A program made the position numbers and the translations under genes. A DNA stretch of 64,000 nt from Octopus vulgaris (lineage: Eukaryota): assembly GCA_951406725.2 (NCBI GenBank), contig OX597817.1:3472001-3536000 (forward strand), given 5' to 3'. This document shows, one piece after another, positions 1-12,006 of the stretch (the first letter of the stretch is position 1; the number at the start of each line of letters is the position of its first letter). The notes below the pieces were generated by a model. It ran no database searches. It was not told the DNA's origin and was given only the letters and a program-made list of their open reading frames with translations.

Positions 1-430
1 CTTGCCTGTAAAATATTAACTTTCCATTTTGACACAAGGTTAAATATTTTGGAGGGAGAGTGTATCCACTTAAGGCGATATCAATACTTGACTGATATTT
101 AATTTTATCGATTCCGGATTTAAACCCAGAACGTTACGGATCATAATTATCGTAAAGCATTCTGCAATCTACATTAAAATATTTACGTGTCGGATAGTTT
201 GAGCGAACTGACCCTTCCATCTAGAGAAGAAAAAAGCAAAACGAGAAAATCTAAATAGTCGAAAGGTCTGTCTTGATCGTATGACCTCAAAAACTTTGTG
301 AAGTCAAAACCATCACGACCGATTCCACACTACAGTGGAGAAGGCTAGCCACTGGATTTGGTTAAAAAGAGACGATGAGCGATGGCTAGAAGAATATTGA
401 GCTTTATTTGATAACCAGTTGATCTAGCAA

Positions 431-575
431 GCGGGGCCTCATATCAGTGCGCATTGATGCCGTCGAGAGGTAGGCCCCGAAACGGCGCGCATTCTCTCTT
501 GATGACCCCATACATTTGCTGGCTTCCGGTATGCGGAGTTTTTGACTGGTAGCACTTGCATGTGCAAGTTGTTTG
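431..575 (+). repeat. Unnamed dispersed repeat, homologous to 3105-3262 (opposite strand)
   Basis: Shared blocks cctcatatcagtg, gaggtaggccccgaaacggcgcgcattctctc and cacttgca..gcaag.tgttt align with the reverse complement of 3105-3262. Confidence 0.65.
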
Positions 576-1029
576 CAAGACATTTATTATAAGTACTCAC
601 ATTCAGATACATTGTACGTGAATCAATATTCTCTTGTTGTTACTATTATTATAACTTTGACTACTGCTACAAATAATACCATTACTGCAACTCAACTAAC
701 TGCTAACAATAGTAGTGAAATTTCCTCAGCAATATATGGAGCGGTAACAAATCGGACACCAATGGTACGCCTGCTCACTTAGGACTGAGCTGGCATTTAA
801 CATCATCATCATCATCATCAACTACTACTACTACTACAGAAAAGTGTGAATCAAAATATTTACATAGTTTCTTTCTTTGTATCTATCTTTTTCTTCTCCT
901 TTGGCAATTTTGATGACTTCTTCACTCAAAATGTTCCCTTATTGGTTGTTTTTGAGTTTAACCTATCATTTTTTCCTTTTCCTTCTATTCATTTTTGTCA
1001 TAAGGAAGCTCAACAAGGCGCAGGATGAT

Positions 1030-1175
1030 ATAAAGCTCAAAAACTACATAATTCCGGGTTCGATTCCATTGCACGGTACTTCCCAAATATCTTCCACTGT
1101 TTTCACGAGTCACCAATACCTTGTGAGTGGAATTTACCTGACAGAAACTACACGGAAGTTTGTCATATGTATGTG
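1030..1175 (+). mobile_element. Degenerate 5' part of SINE family B
   Basis: ttccgggttcgattccatt (B-box like) and ccttgtgagtggaattt..acagaaact match the B copies at 26640 and 10536. Confidence 0.5.
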
Positions 1176-1430
1176 GTGAACGTGCGCATCCTAAGGGTTA
1201 AGGAGCTCGGCTCACGATCATAAATTCGTGGGTTTACTTTCAGAGCAAGGTACTTTATTTCTCATTACTCCTGCCAACTCAGCTGAAAATGAGTACCAGC
1301 TCCATACTCGTACAATTTCCTAGCCTAGTAATCACATCCTGATTGTCCCGCTGCTCGACGGCAGGTGGGGCGAGAGGATGTGTTTGTCTGCCCGTGACTA
1401 CGTAGGCACCTAAAACAGTTAACGAAAGCA
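1176..1430 (+). mobile_element. Degenerate CORE-like tRNA SINE (family D related)
   Basis: gagcaaggtactttatttc...actcagctgaaaatgagtacc resembles the central domain of 35528-35860. Confidence 0.5.
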
Positions 1431-1545
1431 AGTTACGTGCTACCGCGTCATACACGATTGCGAGAAATATTTACGTTTATACACACTATACACAAATGGA
1501 TGAGGCTGACAGATTCACGCAGCTATATACAAATATCCTTATCTA

Positions 1546-1588
<43 letters not shown>

Positions 1589-1726
1589 AAGAAGCATATC
1601 GATATTCTTCAAATGTCGTCCCGACACATATGGTGTGAAGGGCGTTTCCTTTTCTGGCTGGTTTGCAGAGCACACTGCCCGGCTTGAATATATGTATATC
1701 TGTCTGTGCTTGTACGTACGTAAACA

Positions 1727-1765
1727 TGTGTGTGTGTGTTGTGTGTGTGTCTATATATACATACA

Positions 1766-1861
<96 letters not shown>

Positions 1862-1875
1862 GATGTGCTTGTACG

Positions 1876-1925
<50 letters not shown>
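1727..1925. repeat. Compound microsatellite (TG)n-(TACA)n-(TA)n
   Basis: Directly visible. Confidence 0.95.
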
Positions 1926-1927
<2 letters not shown>

Positions 1928-2099
1928 CATACAAAATTTAAAGGACTGACCACTAAAAGTGGACGGTCAATATGCTAGATATGGACGTCAAAATCGCTAT
2001 TTTCCACGAAGAATGTGTTCTCAAGAAAAAACTCAGCACAAAACCAACGTGTAAAAAACAAGCAAGATAAATGAAAATATACGAAATAAAAACGATTAC

Positions 2100-2174
2100 C
2101 TATGTACCGATCAGTTTCACTTGTTAATATTCACGTATATGTATTTGCGAAAATCTGCAAGATCATCAGCATAG
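2100..2174 (-). ncRNA. Minimal type-I hammerhead ribozyme-like motif (left arm)
   Basis: Minus strand: CTATG-CTGATGA-tcttg...caagt-GAAA-ctgatcg-GTA-CATAG; stem I CTATG/CATAG. Confidence 0.6.
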
Positions 2175-2291
2175 TTTATTTGAAGGATACACATAAATAT
2201 AATTTGTTGAACTCCATGCATTGGGGACTCCGGTCAAACGTTATGTATCTAGTTCTGGAAATGATGTTTGTATACAGTAGACTACGTTAGA

Positions 2292-2366
2292 CTATGCTGA
2301 TGATCTTGCAGATTTTCGCAAATACATATACGTGAATATTAACAAGTGAAACTTATCGGTACATAG
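2292..2366 (+). ncRNA. Minimal type-I hammerhead ribozyme-like motif (right arm)
   Basis: Stem I CTATG 2292-96 / CATAG 2362-66, CTGATGA 2297-2303, GAAA 2348-51, GTA triplet 2359-61. Confidence 0.6.
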
Positions 2367-2630
2367 GTAATCGTTTTTATTTCGTATATTTTCATTTATC
2401 TTGCTTGTTTTTTTACACGTTGGTTTTGTGCTGAGTTTTATCTTGAGAACACATTCTTCGTGGAAAATAGCAATTTTGACGTCTATATCTAGCATATTGG
2501 CCGTCCACTTTTAGTGGTCAGTCCTTTAAATTTTGTATGTAAAAAATATTTTAATCTTCGAATTTTTTTAATATGCTAAGCCACTGTTTTTAATTGATTA
2601 ATATCAATTTCTACCCTTATTCAATTTTAA

Positions 2631-2666
<36 letters not shown>

Positions 2667-2669
<3 letters not shown>

Positions 2670-2850
2670 GGAGTAAACACATAAATGTGAAACAAGGTGG
2701 AAAAAAGAGTACTCAAATACCAGTGGTAGAGTAATATGCTTTATTTAAAGCAGCAGAAAATTCAACAAAACCTGCTCTGAGTTTCACGTTGCCGGCAACG
2801 TGAAACACAGAGTAACAGGTTTTGTTGAATTTTCTGCTGCTTTAAATAAG
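2667..2850 (-). mobile_element. Short Penelope-like non-autonomous element with terminal hairpin (same family as 46584-46760)
   Basis: 2667-2793 is the reverse complement of most of 46628-46760; arms 2741-2793/2794-2849 form a hairpin; (TA)n on both sides. Confidence 0.7.
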
Positions 2851-2902
<52 letters not shown>

Positions 2903-3104
2903 TACGAACTACAAGCACATCTGCTCAGATACACATTCTCAAACGCATAAATAATGTGTGTTTAAGGTCAAGTTGACCGGTGTAGCTAGTTGTGTCACTT
3001 TATGTCAAACAGTCAAACACGTCAACTTAACGATTCGATAAACAGAGTTCGAATCAATATAAAATATCAGACTGAAACACTTATTGCAGCGGCTAGACAC
3101 TCGG

Positions 3105-3310
3105 AAACAGCTTGCCAGTGCAAGCGCATTCAGTCGTAAATGTCGCATAACAGATGTCAGAATGTTTCAGAGGTTATCACGAGAGAATGCGCACCGTTTT
3201 GAGGCCTTCCTCTTGACGGATTTACAGCGCACCGGCACTCCTCACTGATATGAGGTCCCACCTACTATTTCGGCTGACTAGTATTCGAACTCAGGTCTAT
3301 TTTGAGATCG
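3105..3310 (-). repeat. Second copy of the unnamed repeat (see 431-575), possibly a SINE
   Basis: Homology to 431-575; B-box-like gagttcgaatac on minus strand near 3281-3292. Confidence 0.55.
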
Positions 3311-3545
3311 TCAACTCTCCAACTAGGTTTCGTCATTCCTTTTCAGCCATATCCAATGGCTGGCCGTCTCAACTGTCGCCTGGATGGTGTTTATTTGCCG
3401 ATGTTGTCTCTTTATCGTATAAATCTCTCTGAGAGATTTAGAAATGTATTATTTCTATTTGCGAAATCAGTGTATGTATTTCACTTGAATTGTTATTTGT
3501 TTACAGAGGCAGAGAGGGATCGACAGCTAGCAGGCCATGCTACTC

Positions 3546-3584
3546 CAGACTGATGACGAGCAATGACTCAGAAACTAGTCTCTG
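3546..3584 (+). ncRNA. Minimal type-I hammerhead ribozyme motif, canonical core
   Basis: CAGA-CTGATGA-cgag caatga ctca-GAAA-cta-GTC-TCTG; stem I CAGA/TCTG, palindromic ACTAGT in helix III, GUC triplet. Confidence 0.7.
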
Positions 3585-3748
3585 AGTGCTGGCTTTGCTG
3601 GGTGGAGGTGCTTATCTTCCCCTTTGTAATCATAAGGACAGAGGAAATGTGTCAAGGCCGACAGGAAGCGGCGCATCCTAGGGCTAAATAGCAGTAGTAT
3701 TCTTCCCTTTCATGGGACTGTCACATTAAGTTGACAACAGACGACCAC

Positions 3749-3785
<37 letters not shown>

Positions 3786-4567
3786 GCCTGTTTAGTTCGT
3801 ATATGCGTTTTAGCATGCGCTTTCTTGTTTCACTGTCAAATCACCTACAACTGCTTTGAGTTCTTCAGACACTTCTTGCCAAGATGGATCTTCAATCCAC
3901 TTGGGTAACAACTATTTTACAGCATTGCCTGCACTCGCCTCTGGTCTCTTCCGTATTTCTTTGTACGAGTCCTATTTCTGATTCCAGGTCTGTAATTTCT
4001 TGAATATCCATATTTACTTGACTTTCTACTCCCGACCTCTTGGTCAATCATGGAGCTAAGAATTCTCGATGGTCCTACTCCCAGCATGGATGCCGTCCAA
4101 TGAGCGAAACTAACAAAACATTTTTAAAATTCGTTCTTTCATTCAACATTCTTTTATTGTCTTGCGATTATTTCGTTTCTTTTTATTTATTTCCTCATTC
4201 TTTCTTTTATTATTTTCTTTGCATTATCTCATTCTTCCATCCAAATTCATTCATTAATTCATATATGTTTTCTTTCTTTATTTTCCCATCTACTTTATCT
4301 CCGTCCTATCCTCCACATCGATGGGTCTACAACAGCATTGAACAATGGTTCATTTAGCGGTTCAGCAAAAAGCCCCATAGAATAAGTACCAGGATTTTTA
4401 AAAAAAAAGTACTGGGGTCGATTTATTCGACTAAAAATTCCAGTATACCTCAGTCTAATAACAGAAACAAGTAATGGGTGAAAATAAGTCAATAGCGGAG
4501 CCTGTACGTAGTCGTTCTGTCTATTAGATCTAGTACCAAATCTTCCTTAAATAAGGAAAAGATAATA

Positions 4568-5030
4568 TTGGTTTCAAATTTTGGCACAAGGCAAGCAAAT
4601 TTGGGATAGGGGAAAGTCGATTACATCGTGCCCAATATTCAAATGGTACTTATTTTATCGACCCCGAGAGGATGAAAGGCAATGTCGACCTCGGCGGCAT
4701 TTGAACTGAGAACACAATGACGGATGAAATGCCTATTTCTTTACTACCCACAAGGGGCTAAACACAGAGAGGACAAACAAGGACAGACAAACGGATTAAG
4801 TCGATTACATCGACTCTAGTGCGTAACTGGTACTTATTTAATCGACCCCGAAAGGATGAAAGGCAAAGTCGACCTCGGCGAAATTTGAACTCAGAACGTA
4901 GCGGCAGACGAAATACCGCTAAGCATTTCACTCGGCGTGCTAACGGATCTGCCAGCTCGCCGCCCTTGACGGATGAAATGCCGTTAAGCATTTTACACGG
5001 CACGATAACGATTCTGGCGGCTCGCCGCCT
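4568..5030 (-). mobile_element. Nested tRNA-derived SINE family A: young copy (4734-4966) inside an older copy
   Basis: B-box gagttcaaatt; central gtcgactttgcctttcatcctttcggggtcgat..aagtacc domain (MetaSINE-like by recall); 16-bp duplication TGACGGATGAAATGCC at 4718-33 and 4967-82. Confidence 0.85.
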
Positions 5031-5384
5031 TAGGGAAGGATGATAATGCCCTATGTAAGCCTAAAAGAGACTGAATAGTCACCACTAAAATCCATTTGAT
5101 CAAAGGTATGCTAAATCAAAGATGACCTGAGTCTAAACAGCAGATGCAGCAGTAGCAACAACAACAACCACAAAGTTCGTACTGATGAAAAGAAGGAAAG
5201 TAAATATATTCAATATCTTAGCGTTAATAATGATCACGATCATGGTTTACTACATCAAAAACATTGAATAATTTATCACCTTCTGCTCTCGTGTAGCATT
5301 CGCCACACTTGTCCACTCTGATAGTGTTATTACTGAAATGCATTAAAGATTCGTGAATTCAACTTGAGCCCAATGCTGTTGTTA

Positions 5385-5425
<41 letters not shown>

Positions 5426-5594
5426 ATAACAGCTGTTGTTGATGATAATGTTGAATAGCCTTGATTAACAAGTAAGTTTATATAGCAAAGTTTACTGATG
5501 AAAATCATTGAAATATAAGATAGATTGGGAGAGGGAAAGGGGGATGAAAAGGGGATACCAGAGAAAGAGTGAGAGAGAGAGCAGACTACTGTTA

Positions 5595-5652
<58 letters not shown>

Positions 5653-5726
5653 TCAGAACCATACTGTAATGTACTCTTAAAATATAAAGTGGATTATTGT
5701 TCAGTGACAGTAAGTGGACATGTATC

Positions 5727-5826
5727 ATTATTATAATTATTATTATTCAGGTCACTGCCTGGAATCGAACTCGGAATCTTGGAGTTAGTAGCCCGCGCTC
5801 TTAACCACTACGCCATATGCCCGTTT
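5727..5826 (-). mobile_element. tRNA-like head plus (TAA)n, inverted partial copy of the element at 6132
   Basis: A box TGGCGTAGTGG, B box GTTCGATTCC; reverse complement of 6132-6230. Confidence 0.8.
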
Positions 5827-6131
5827 CTGTTGACAATTTTGTTTTGCTGAAGGGTAGCAGATTGGCAGAAACGGTTCAAATCACACCGAGATGGATTGGC
5901 TTCTGGGTAGATAACACAAACAAAAGCGAAGTACTCGGATCGATTCGATCGACTTCGATCCTTTATGACTGTTGATATAAGTCGCTTTCGTTCCCGCTAA
6001 GGGTGGCAAATTGATTGAAACTGAAGTCCTTTAAAAAATGGGAGGGAATATCTATTTGACCACTTGATCTGCATGAAATAGTAACCATTTACTCCACAAA
6101 TTATGCACCATTATCTTTAAAAATACGACAA

Positions 6132-6211
6132 AAACGGGCATATGGCATAGTGGTTAAGAGCGTGGGTTACTAACCCCAAGATTCCGAGTTCGATTCCAGG
6201 CAGTGATCTGA

Positions 6212-6257
<46 letters not shown>

Positions 6258-6412
6258 CAACAATAACTTCGAAAAATACCTTAAGAATGATAACCCAGGT
6301 TCGAAATTTCTCCAATACACCTAATGAAGGCTGGAGGGTATATCATCCGAAACATTGTGCTAACAACAAACAAGATGAAGACAAATATCCGTCGAATGTA
6401 AATAACGTAAAT
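6132..6412 (+). mobile_element. tRNA-headed short element with internal (TAA)n and decayed hammerhead-like 3' part
   Basis: A/B boxes at 6142-6197; (TAA)n 6213-6254; CAC-CTAATGA-aggctg..catcc-GAAA-ca-TT-GTG at 6318-6359. Confidence 0.7.
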
Positions 6413-7326
6413 AAAAACAAACTCATTGGATAGTTTAGTCCTAAATATAATATATTTGAAAAGAAGACCGGATATTCAAGGCTAGAATATATTTGATCAT
6501 AAGTCTGCTCGATTAGGATGACATGAAATGAAAAACAAATCAGCTAATGGTATTATAATATCAATTTGTGCTGCCACATTCTAAATTTAAGTCATACCGA
6601 AATCGAATTCATTTTACTTTCTGCTGAGATCACTAGAATAAACGATATGATATTTAAGTCGTCTTTATCTGCTTCTGCTAGAAATTGATTTTGGATCCAC
6701 TCAAAGGAAATTCATATTTGTTTCAGTGTAAAGGGCCATGGGCAACGTGTCACCTGAGGGACTTTCTGTATGCCACGCTTAATTTCATGAGGAAAATATC
6801 GTTCTTTTAGTATTGCGGCCTGTCTGATGATGAGCTCGCTTCTGGAAAAAGGCTGTCCATACCTTAGGCGTAAAGTAAAAGGTTAGAGGTTGCACAAAAA
6901 AATGTAGATGTTTTGCATGCGGATAAAGAGATAAGTTTTGACTAAGTGCATATCAAAAAACAATTTATTCGTGTTACATTGCCATAACCTTGATGGGGAA
7001 GTGTATGGATATTACCAAGTTTTGAGTTCTTCTTCTTGAAAATATAGGATCATACAGCCTAGTTCCAAAATAATCACTATCAGTTTCTTTACTGCCAGCT
7101 CATGTTTTACCGGATTCAATTTTACTTTTTATACCAGCTGGTCTTGACAAATTTTTTATGATAGTATTACCAATTGGTTGACAACTGATAAAGAATCAAG
7201 GACCTTCTGTGTTTGCCTCCCGTTCAGTTGCTCACTCAGTATTGTTATGTCATTTGTTTATTTACCATACATTTCTTTTATTTATTAAGTAATGGAACGT
7301 AAAACACACCAAATTTATGTGTGTGC

Positions 7327-7360
<34 letters not shown>

Positions 7361-7362
<2 letters not shown>

Positions 7363-7500
7363 CAAAATTGTGGCAAAAACAAGACAGCTAAAAGAACAAC
7401 AGAGTGTATTTGTTTGATGCTCTGGAAAAATGAAAGAGTCTTTGACGTTTCGAGCCTACACTCTTATGAGGAGAGCTATAAATGGAAAGAGAAAAAGTAT
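7361..7500 (-). mobile_element. Decayed short element, same family as 48538-48730
   Basis: Minus strand aagagtgtaggctcgaaacgtcaaagactctttcatttttccagagc matches 48614-48658. Confidence 0.55.
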
Positions 7501-7578
7501 GCGCGCGCACGCGTACATTCATACATACTCATGCACAAACAAGCATACAGAATGTTGTATGTGTGCATGTGCGTGTGT

Positions 7579-7582
<4 letters not shown>

Positions 7583-7651
<69 letters not shown>
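7583..7651. repeat. (GA)n microsatellite
   Basis: Directly visible. Confidence 0.95.
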
Positions 7652-7654
<3 letters not shown>

Positions 7655-9015
7655 GTCTGTGAAGGAGAGACATATTTACAAATGCTTGAAAAAAAAAACA
7701 AGAACTTACTTATTAACTTCGAGGAATTCCTGTGGATAAAGTGTTCATTTATTCTGATCATAAAGCTGCCAAGGATTTCGAAGTCTGATCTGGGCAGAAC
7801 TAAAATGGAAACAAGATTGAAATATGTCAATAAATATCAGGAGACGTTATATATTACAGTTTTCTGGGGTTTTTTTTCACTCTTGCATTTTCAAAGATAA
7901 GTCAATGGAAGATCGGCAGTAAGCTTGATATTTGCAGTCTCACCTCAGACTGATAAGAGTTGAGGTTCAGTTTGAATATTTGTATGTCGGCGTCTACAGC
8001 AAGGATGTCTCCTCAGTAGACATATAAAAAAGTGGGTCCATGGGGAATTGAAATTCAGAGAGCTGCAGTTTTGAGTAGATAGGATTGGGGGAAATATCTA
8101 GAGTTGGGTTTGTATGGTAACGCTTTTTGAAAATATTAAAAGCTTTATTGTATGAACAAACAGTAACTGATTGAAGTGCCAATGTTAAATGAATGACGGT
8201 TAAATTGCTGGTAGTAACACTGAAGGAATTTGGCTGAGTTTACTTAGCTTATAATAAGGTCAGGTAGGCTCCATCACAAATTAAACTTCATTGCAGTGTG
8301 TAAGTAGATTTTGTTCGATTACTAATTTCAAAGATTTTTTCGCAACTCGAAATCGAAAATCCACTGTAATATGTCTTTTAATTATTTCCCGAACAATGGG
8401 GTATAGTATATTTATTTCAATTTGAATAGTTTCTGATGTAGAAAAAGTACTAGTGGTCGAATTTAGTCGTTATCAAATATTCCATATTTAAAATATACTG
8501 TCAGTTAACTTAGATGTTATTGCAATTTCATTATCGAAAAGTCTCCAACTACCTATGTTTGGCAGGGATGTAACTTGAAAGCAAAGTAGATGCCTTAACA
8601 TAGTATACAAGCCATTTTACCAACTGAGTACTGACCAATTCAAACATTTTAGAACCTACTCTGGAACGGGGCTGATAGATTAAGAAATAATGTGCATGCT
8701 TTGAACACTTTTATCATGGCCCATGATCATATGAAAGCACCGACTTAGTGCAATGAGCAGACAGAGCAACCGTTAATGTTATAATGATATTTGCTCATTA
8801 AATTCCACCACGTAAAACATATTTATAATCGATGGCTAAACCATTGAGCAAAATAAACATATTACATAGGTAGTAACAAGATACAAGTTGTCGACACCTG
8901 GTTTTATGGTTTAGTAGATTATTGACACGTTGCTTAACTTTGACTTCAGTTGGTCAAGGAATCGATATCGAGCAAATTCCTGCACTCTTTTCTGTTCAAT
9001 CGATTTATCTAATGA

Positions 9016-9352
<337 letters not shown>

Positions 9353-10030
9353 GCACAAAAGAGATAGAGATGCGGGAAAAGCCGTAAAATATGACAACCG
9401 ATGCAGACTTTGTGGAGTTCACCCTGAAGATATCACCCACATCACAAGCAGTTGTCCGGAAATGTCATCACGGTATTATCTACCGATGAGACATGACGTT
9501 GTAGCTAGGAATTTCTATAATGAAATCCGTCGGAAGGAATATCCGAAGACAAAGAAATAAAAACCCAGAATATGGTAGAAGCCAAAGCCACTCATAATGA
9601 AAAGGAATACTGGTGGAATGTCCCAGTGGAAACCTCAATAAAATGTAAGCACAACAGGCTAGAAATAATGATTTGGGATAGAGAAGAGAAACTGTGCACA
9701 GTTGTGGAAATTAGCTGCCCAGCGGATGAACACCAATGCTGAACTATTGAGAAATCTACAGTTACTCTATCCAGATTACAAGCTGAAGTTTATACACGCA
9801 ATTATTGGGGTCCTGAGATAGGTAACACACCGCCTAAATACCAATCTTGAGAAATTAAGCATCTCAAAACCAGAAAGGGAAAAGCTAATTCGAAGGCTAC
9901 AAATTCAATCGATCACTGGAACTGTAGAAATCTGTGAAACTTTCCAGAAGTTTATCATTTAAATATATATGAACATGTCTAGATATGTAACTCTATGCAT
10001 GAGAGTACATATATAAAACATACAAATCTG
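9353..10030 (+). mobile_element. 5'-truncated non-LTR retrotransposon, R4/Dong-like C-terminus (CCHC finger + restriction-like endonuclease), disrupted
   Basis: RCRLCGVHPEDITHITSSCPEM..RHDVVA; downstream YWWNVPV..KHNRLEIMIWDREEKLCTVVEISCP with stop/frameshifts. Confidence 0.85.
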
Positions 10031-10104
10031 CACATACATACATACATACATACATACATACATACATACATACATACATACATACATACATACATACATA
10101 CATA
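10031..10104. repeat. (CATA)n microsatellite
   Basis: Directly visible. Confidence 0.95.
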
Positions 10105-10535
10105 CCCTGTTGTTGATGTTGAAATTCCAATGAGGAAACCTTGGATGTAGGTTAGAAACCGGTTCTTACTCTATTGGCAAGAAATCTTGAAATAAACTGA
10201 ATAATGACATACATACATATATACATACATACATACATGCAATAGTGAGATATGAATATGTGTAGGTGTCCTTGTGTATGTATAAATATTTTAAAGAATT
10301 GATAGGAAAGACAGAATGTCCTATAAGCTACGACTAAAGTACAGTACTGCGGGTGACGCCTGGCAGCCGTAATTAGTGAACGTTATCTCAAGGCACACCA
10401 CTTGGAACATGCCCAAAACAAGGTTTACATACATTTTGAAGTCTCCTATCTAAATTTTAATTTTAAACAACATAACCTATATGACTGAAACAAGTAAAAG
10501 ATATGTATATATATATATATACATATATCTTATAT

Positions 10536-10901
10536 TTGTTTCAGTCATTTGACTGTGGCCATGCTGGAGCACCGCCTTTAGTCGAACAAATCGACCCCAG
10601 GACTTATTCCATCGGTCATTTTTGCCGAACTGCTAAGTTACGGGGACGTAAACACACCAGCATCGGTTGTCAAGCGATGTTGGGGGGACAAACACAGACA
10701 CACAAACATACACACACATATATATGTATACATATATACGACAGGCTTCTTTCAGTTTCCGTCTACCAAATCCACTCACAAGGCTTTGGTCGGCCCGAGG
10801 CTATAGTAGAAGACACTTGCCCAAGGTGCCACGCAGTGGGACTGAACCCGGAACCATGTGGTTGGTAAGCAAGCTACTTACCCCACAGCCACTCCTGCGC
10901 C
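10536..10901 (-). mobile_element. tRNA-derived SINE family B, full length (octopus OK/OR-type by recall)
   Basis: Head ggcgcaggagtggctgtg..gggttcagtccc, caccttgggcaag block, internal TA/TG tract, tail ggcggtgctccagcatggccacagtcaaatgactgaaac; many copies in window. Confidence 0.9.
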
Positions 10902-10908
10902 TATGGCG

Positions 10909-10944
<36 letters not shown>

Positions 10945-11551
10945 TGTATGTATGTATGTATGTATGTATGTATATATGTGTGTGTGTATGTGTGTGTTTG
11001 TGTATATATATATGTGTGTGTGTGTATGTATGTATGTATACACACACACACACACACACCGACAAATGTATATATTTATAGAGATTTCTCGCACATATTT
11101 AAACATACACATTAATTCAGTGATATATGTATATAAACATAAATACGCATATGACAAAAATGCTTTCTAATCTAATAGCAAGCCTGGTCTGGTTGTATAC
11201 TTGAATCCAAGGTACATTCATCCGTTCCTATACAATTACTTAAAGACGTTCATGTAAATATATTTCCTCATGATATACGTATATCCAGATGTTGCTATGT
11301 GTATCGATATTTTTTTTTTTTTAAAAAAAACAGCATTTGTTTACTACAATTTCTTTATGAAAATATTGATTTTTAACATTAGTATAAAGTCACAATTTTC
11401 AGAAAAGCAGTAAAAGTCAATTGAACTGAGCCAGTACTACATAACTGGTACTTATCGATTCTATTCAGAATAAAGAAGGACGAACTAAATAGTGCTCCGA
11501 TGTTCTGTCAACCAAGTTTCTCTCACTTCACTTTTCTAATTTATGAAATAT

Positions 11552-11761
11552 TAGTATTGGTTTCAAACTTTGGCACAAGACCAGCATTTTGGGTTAGTGG
11601 GTTAGTCAAGTATATCAACCCCAGTACTCAACTGGTACTTATTTTATAGGCCCAGAAAAGATGAAAGGCAAAGTCGACTTCGGTGGAATTTGAACTCAGA
11701 ACGGACGAAATGTCGCTAAGTATTTTGCCCAGCGTGCTAACGATTCTGCCAGATCGCTGTC
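11552..11761 (-). mobile_element. SINE family A
   Basis: Family A consensus; flanked by TTATGAAATAT at 11541-51 and 11762-72. Confidence 0.85.
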
Positions 11762-11780
11762 TTATGAAATATCTTTATTT

Positions 11781-12006
11781 CTAAGGCAGTGAGCCGGCAG
11801 AATTGTTGGCATGCCGGGCAAAATGCTTAGCAGCATTTCGTCTGTCTCTATATTCTGAGTTCAAATTCCGCCGACCGCCGAAGGTGGCGTTACCTTTCAG
11901 CCTCTAGGAGTCGATAAAATAAGTTCCAGTTAGGTACCGGCGACGATGCAAGCGACTCGTCCCTCCTCGAAATTGCTGTTCTTATGCTAAAATTTGAAAC
12001 CAATAT
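11781..12006 (+). mobile_element. SINE family A, head-to-head with the previous copy
   Basis: Family A consensus; flanked by TATCTTTATTT at 11770-80 and 12007-17. Confidence 0.85.

Larger units (their letters stand above)
1926..2630. mobile_element. Non-autonomous Penelope-like/foldback element with ~250-bp inverted arms (1926-2175 / 2291-2541), between (TA)n tracts
   Basis: Arms are near-identical reverse complements; each carries a hammerhead-like motif; TA tracts on both sides. Confidence 0.7.

Noticed and set aside
5749-5823. Possible tRNA gene (and copy at 6135-6209)
   Set aside because: A and B boxes are present but acceptor and T stems pair poorly and it runs into (TAA)n; treated as a SINE-like head
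6815-6860. CTGATGA...GAAA as another hammerhead
   Set aside because: No convincing stem II or stem I and no properly placed NUH
10125-10175. Hammerhead-like ccaatga..GAAACCGGTT
   Set aside because: Core has two deviations and stem I does not pair; kept only as a remark
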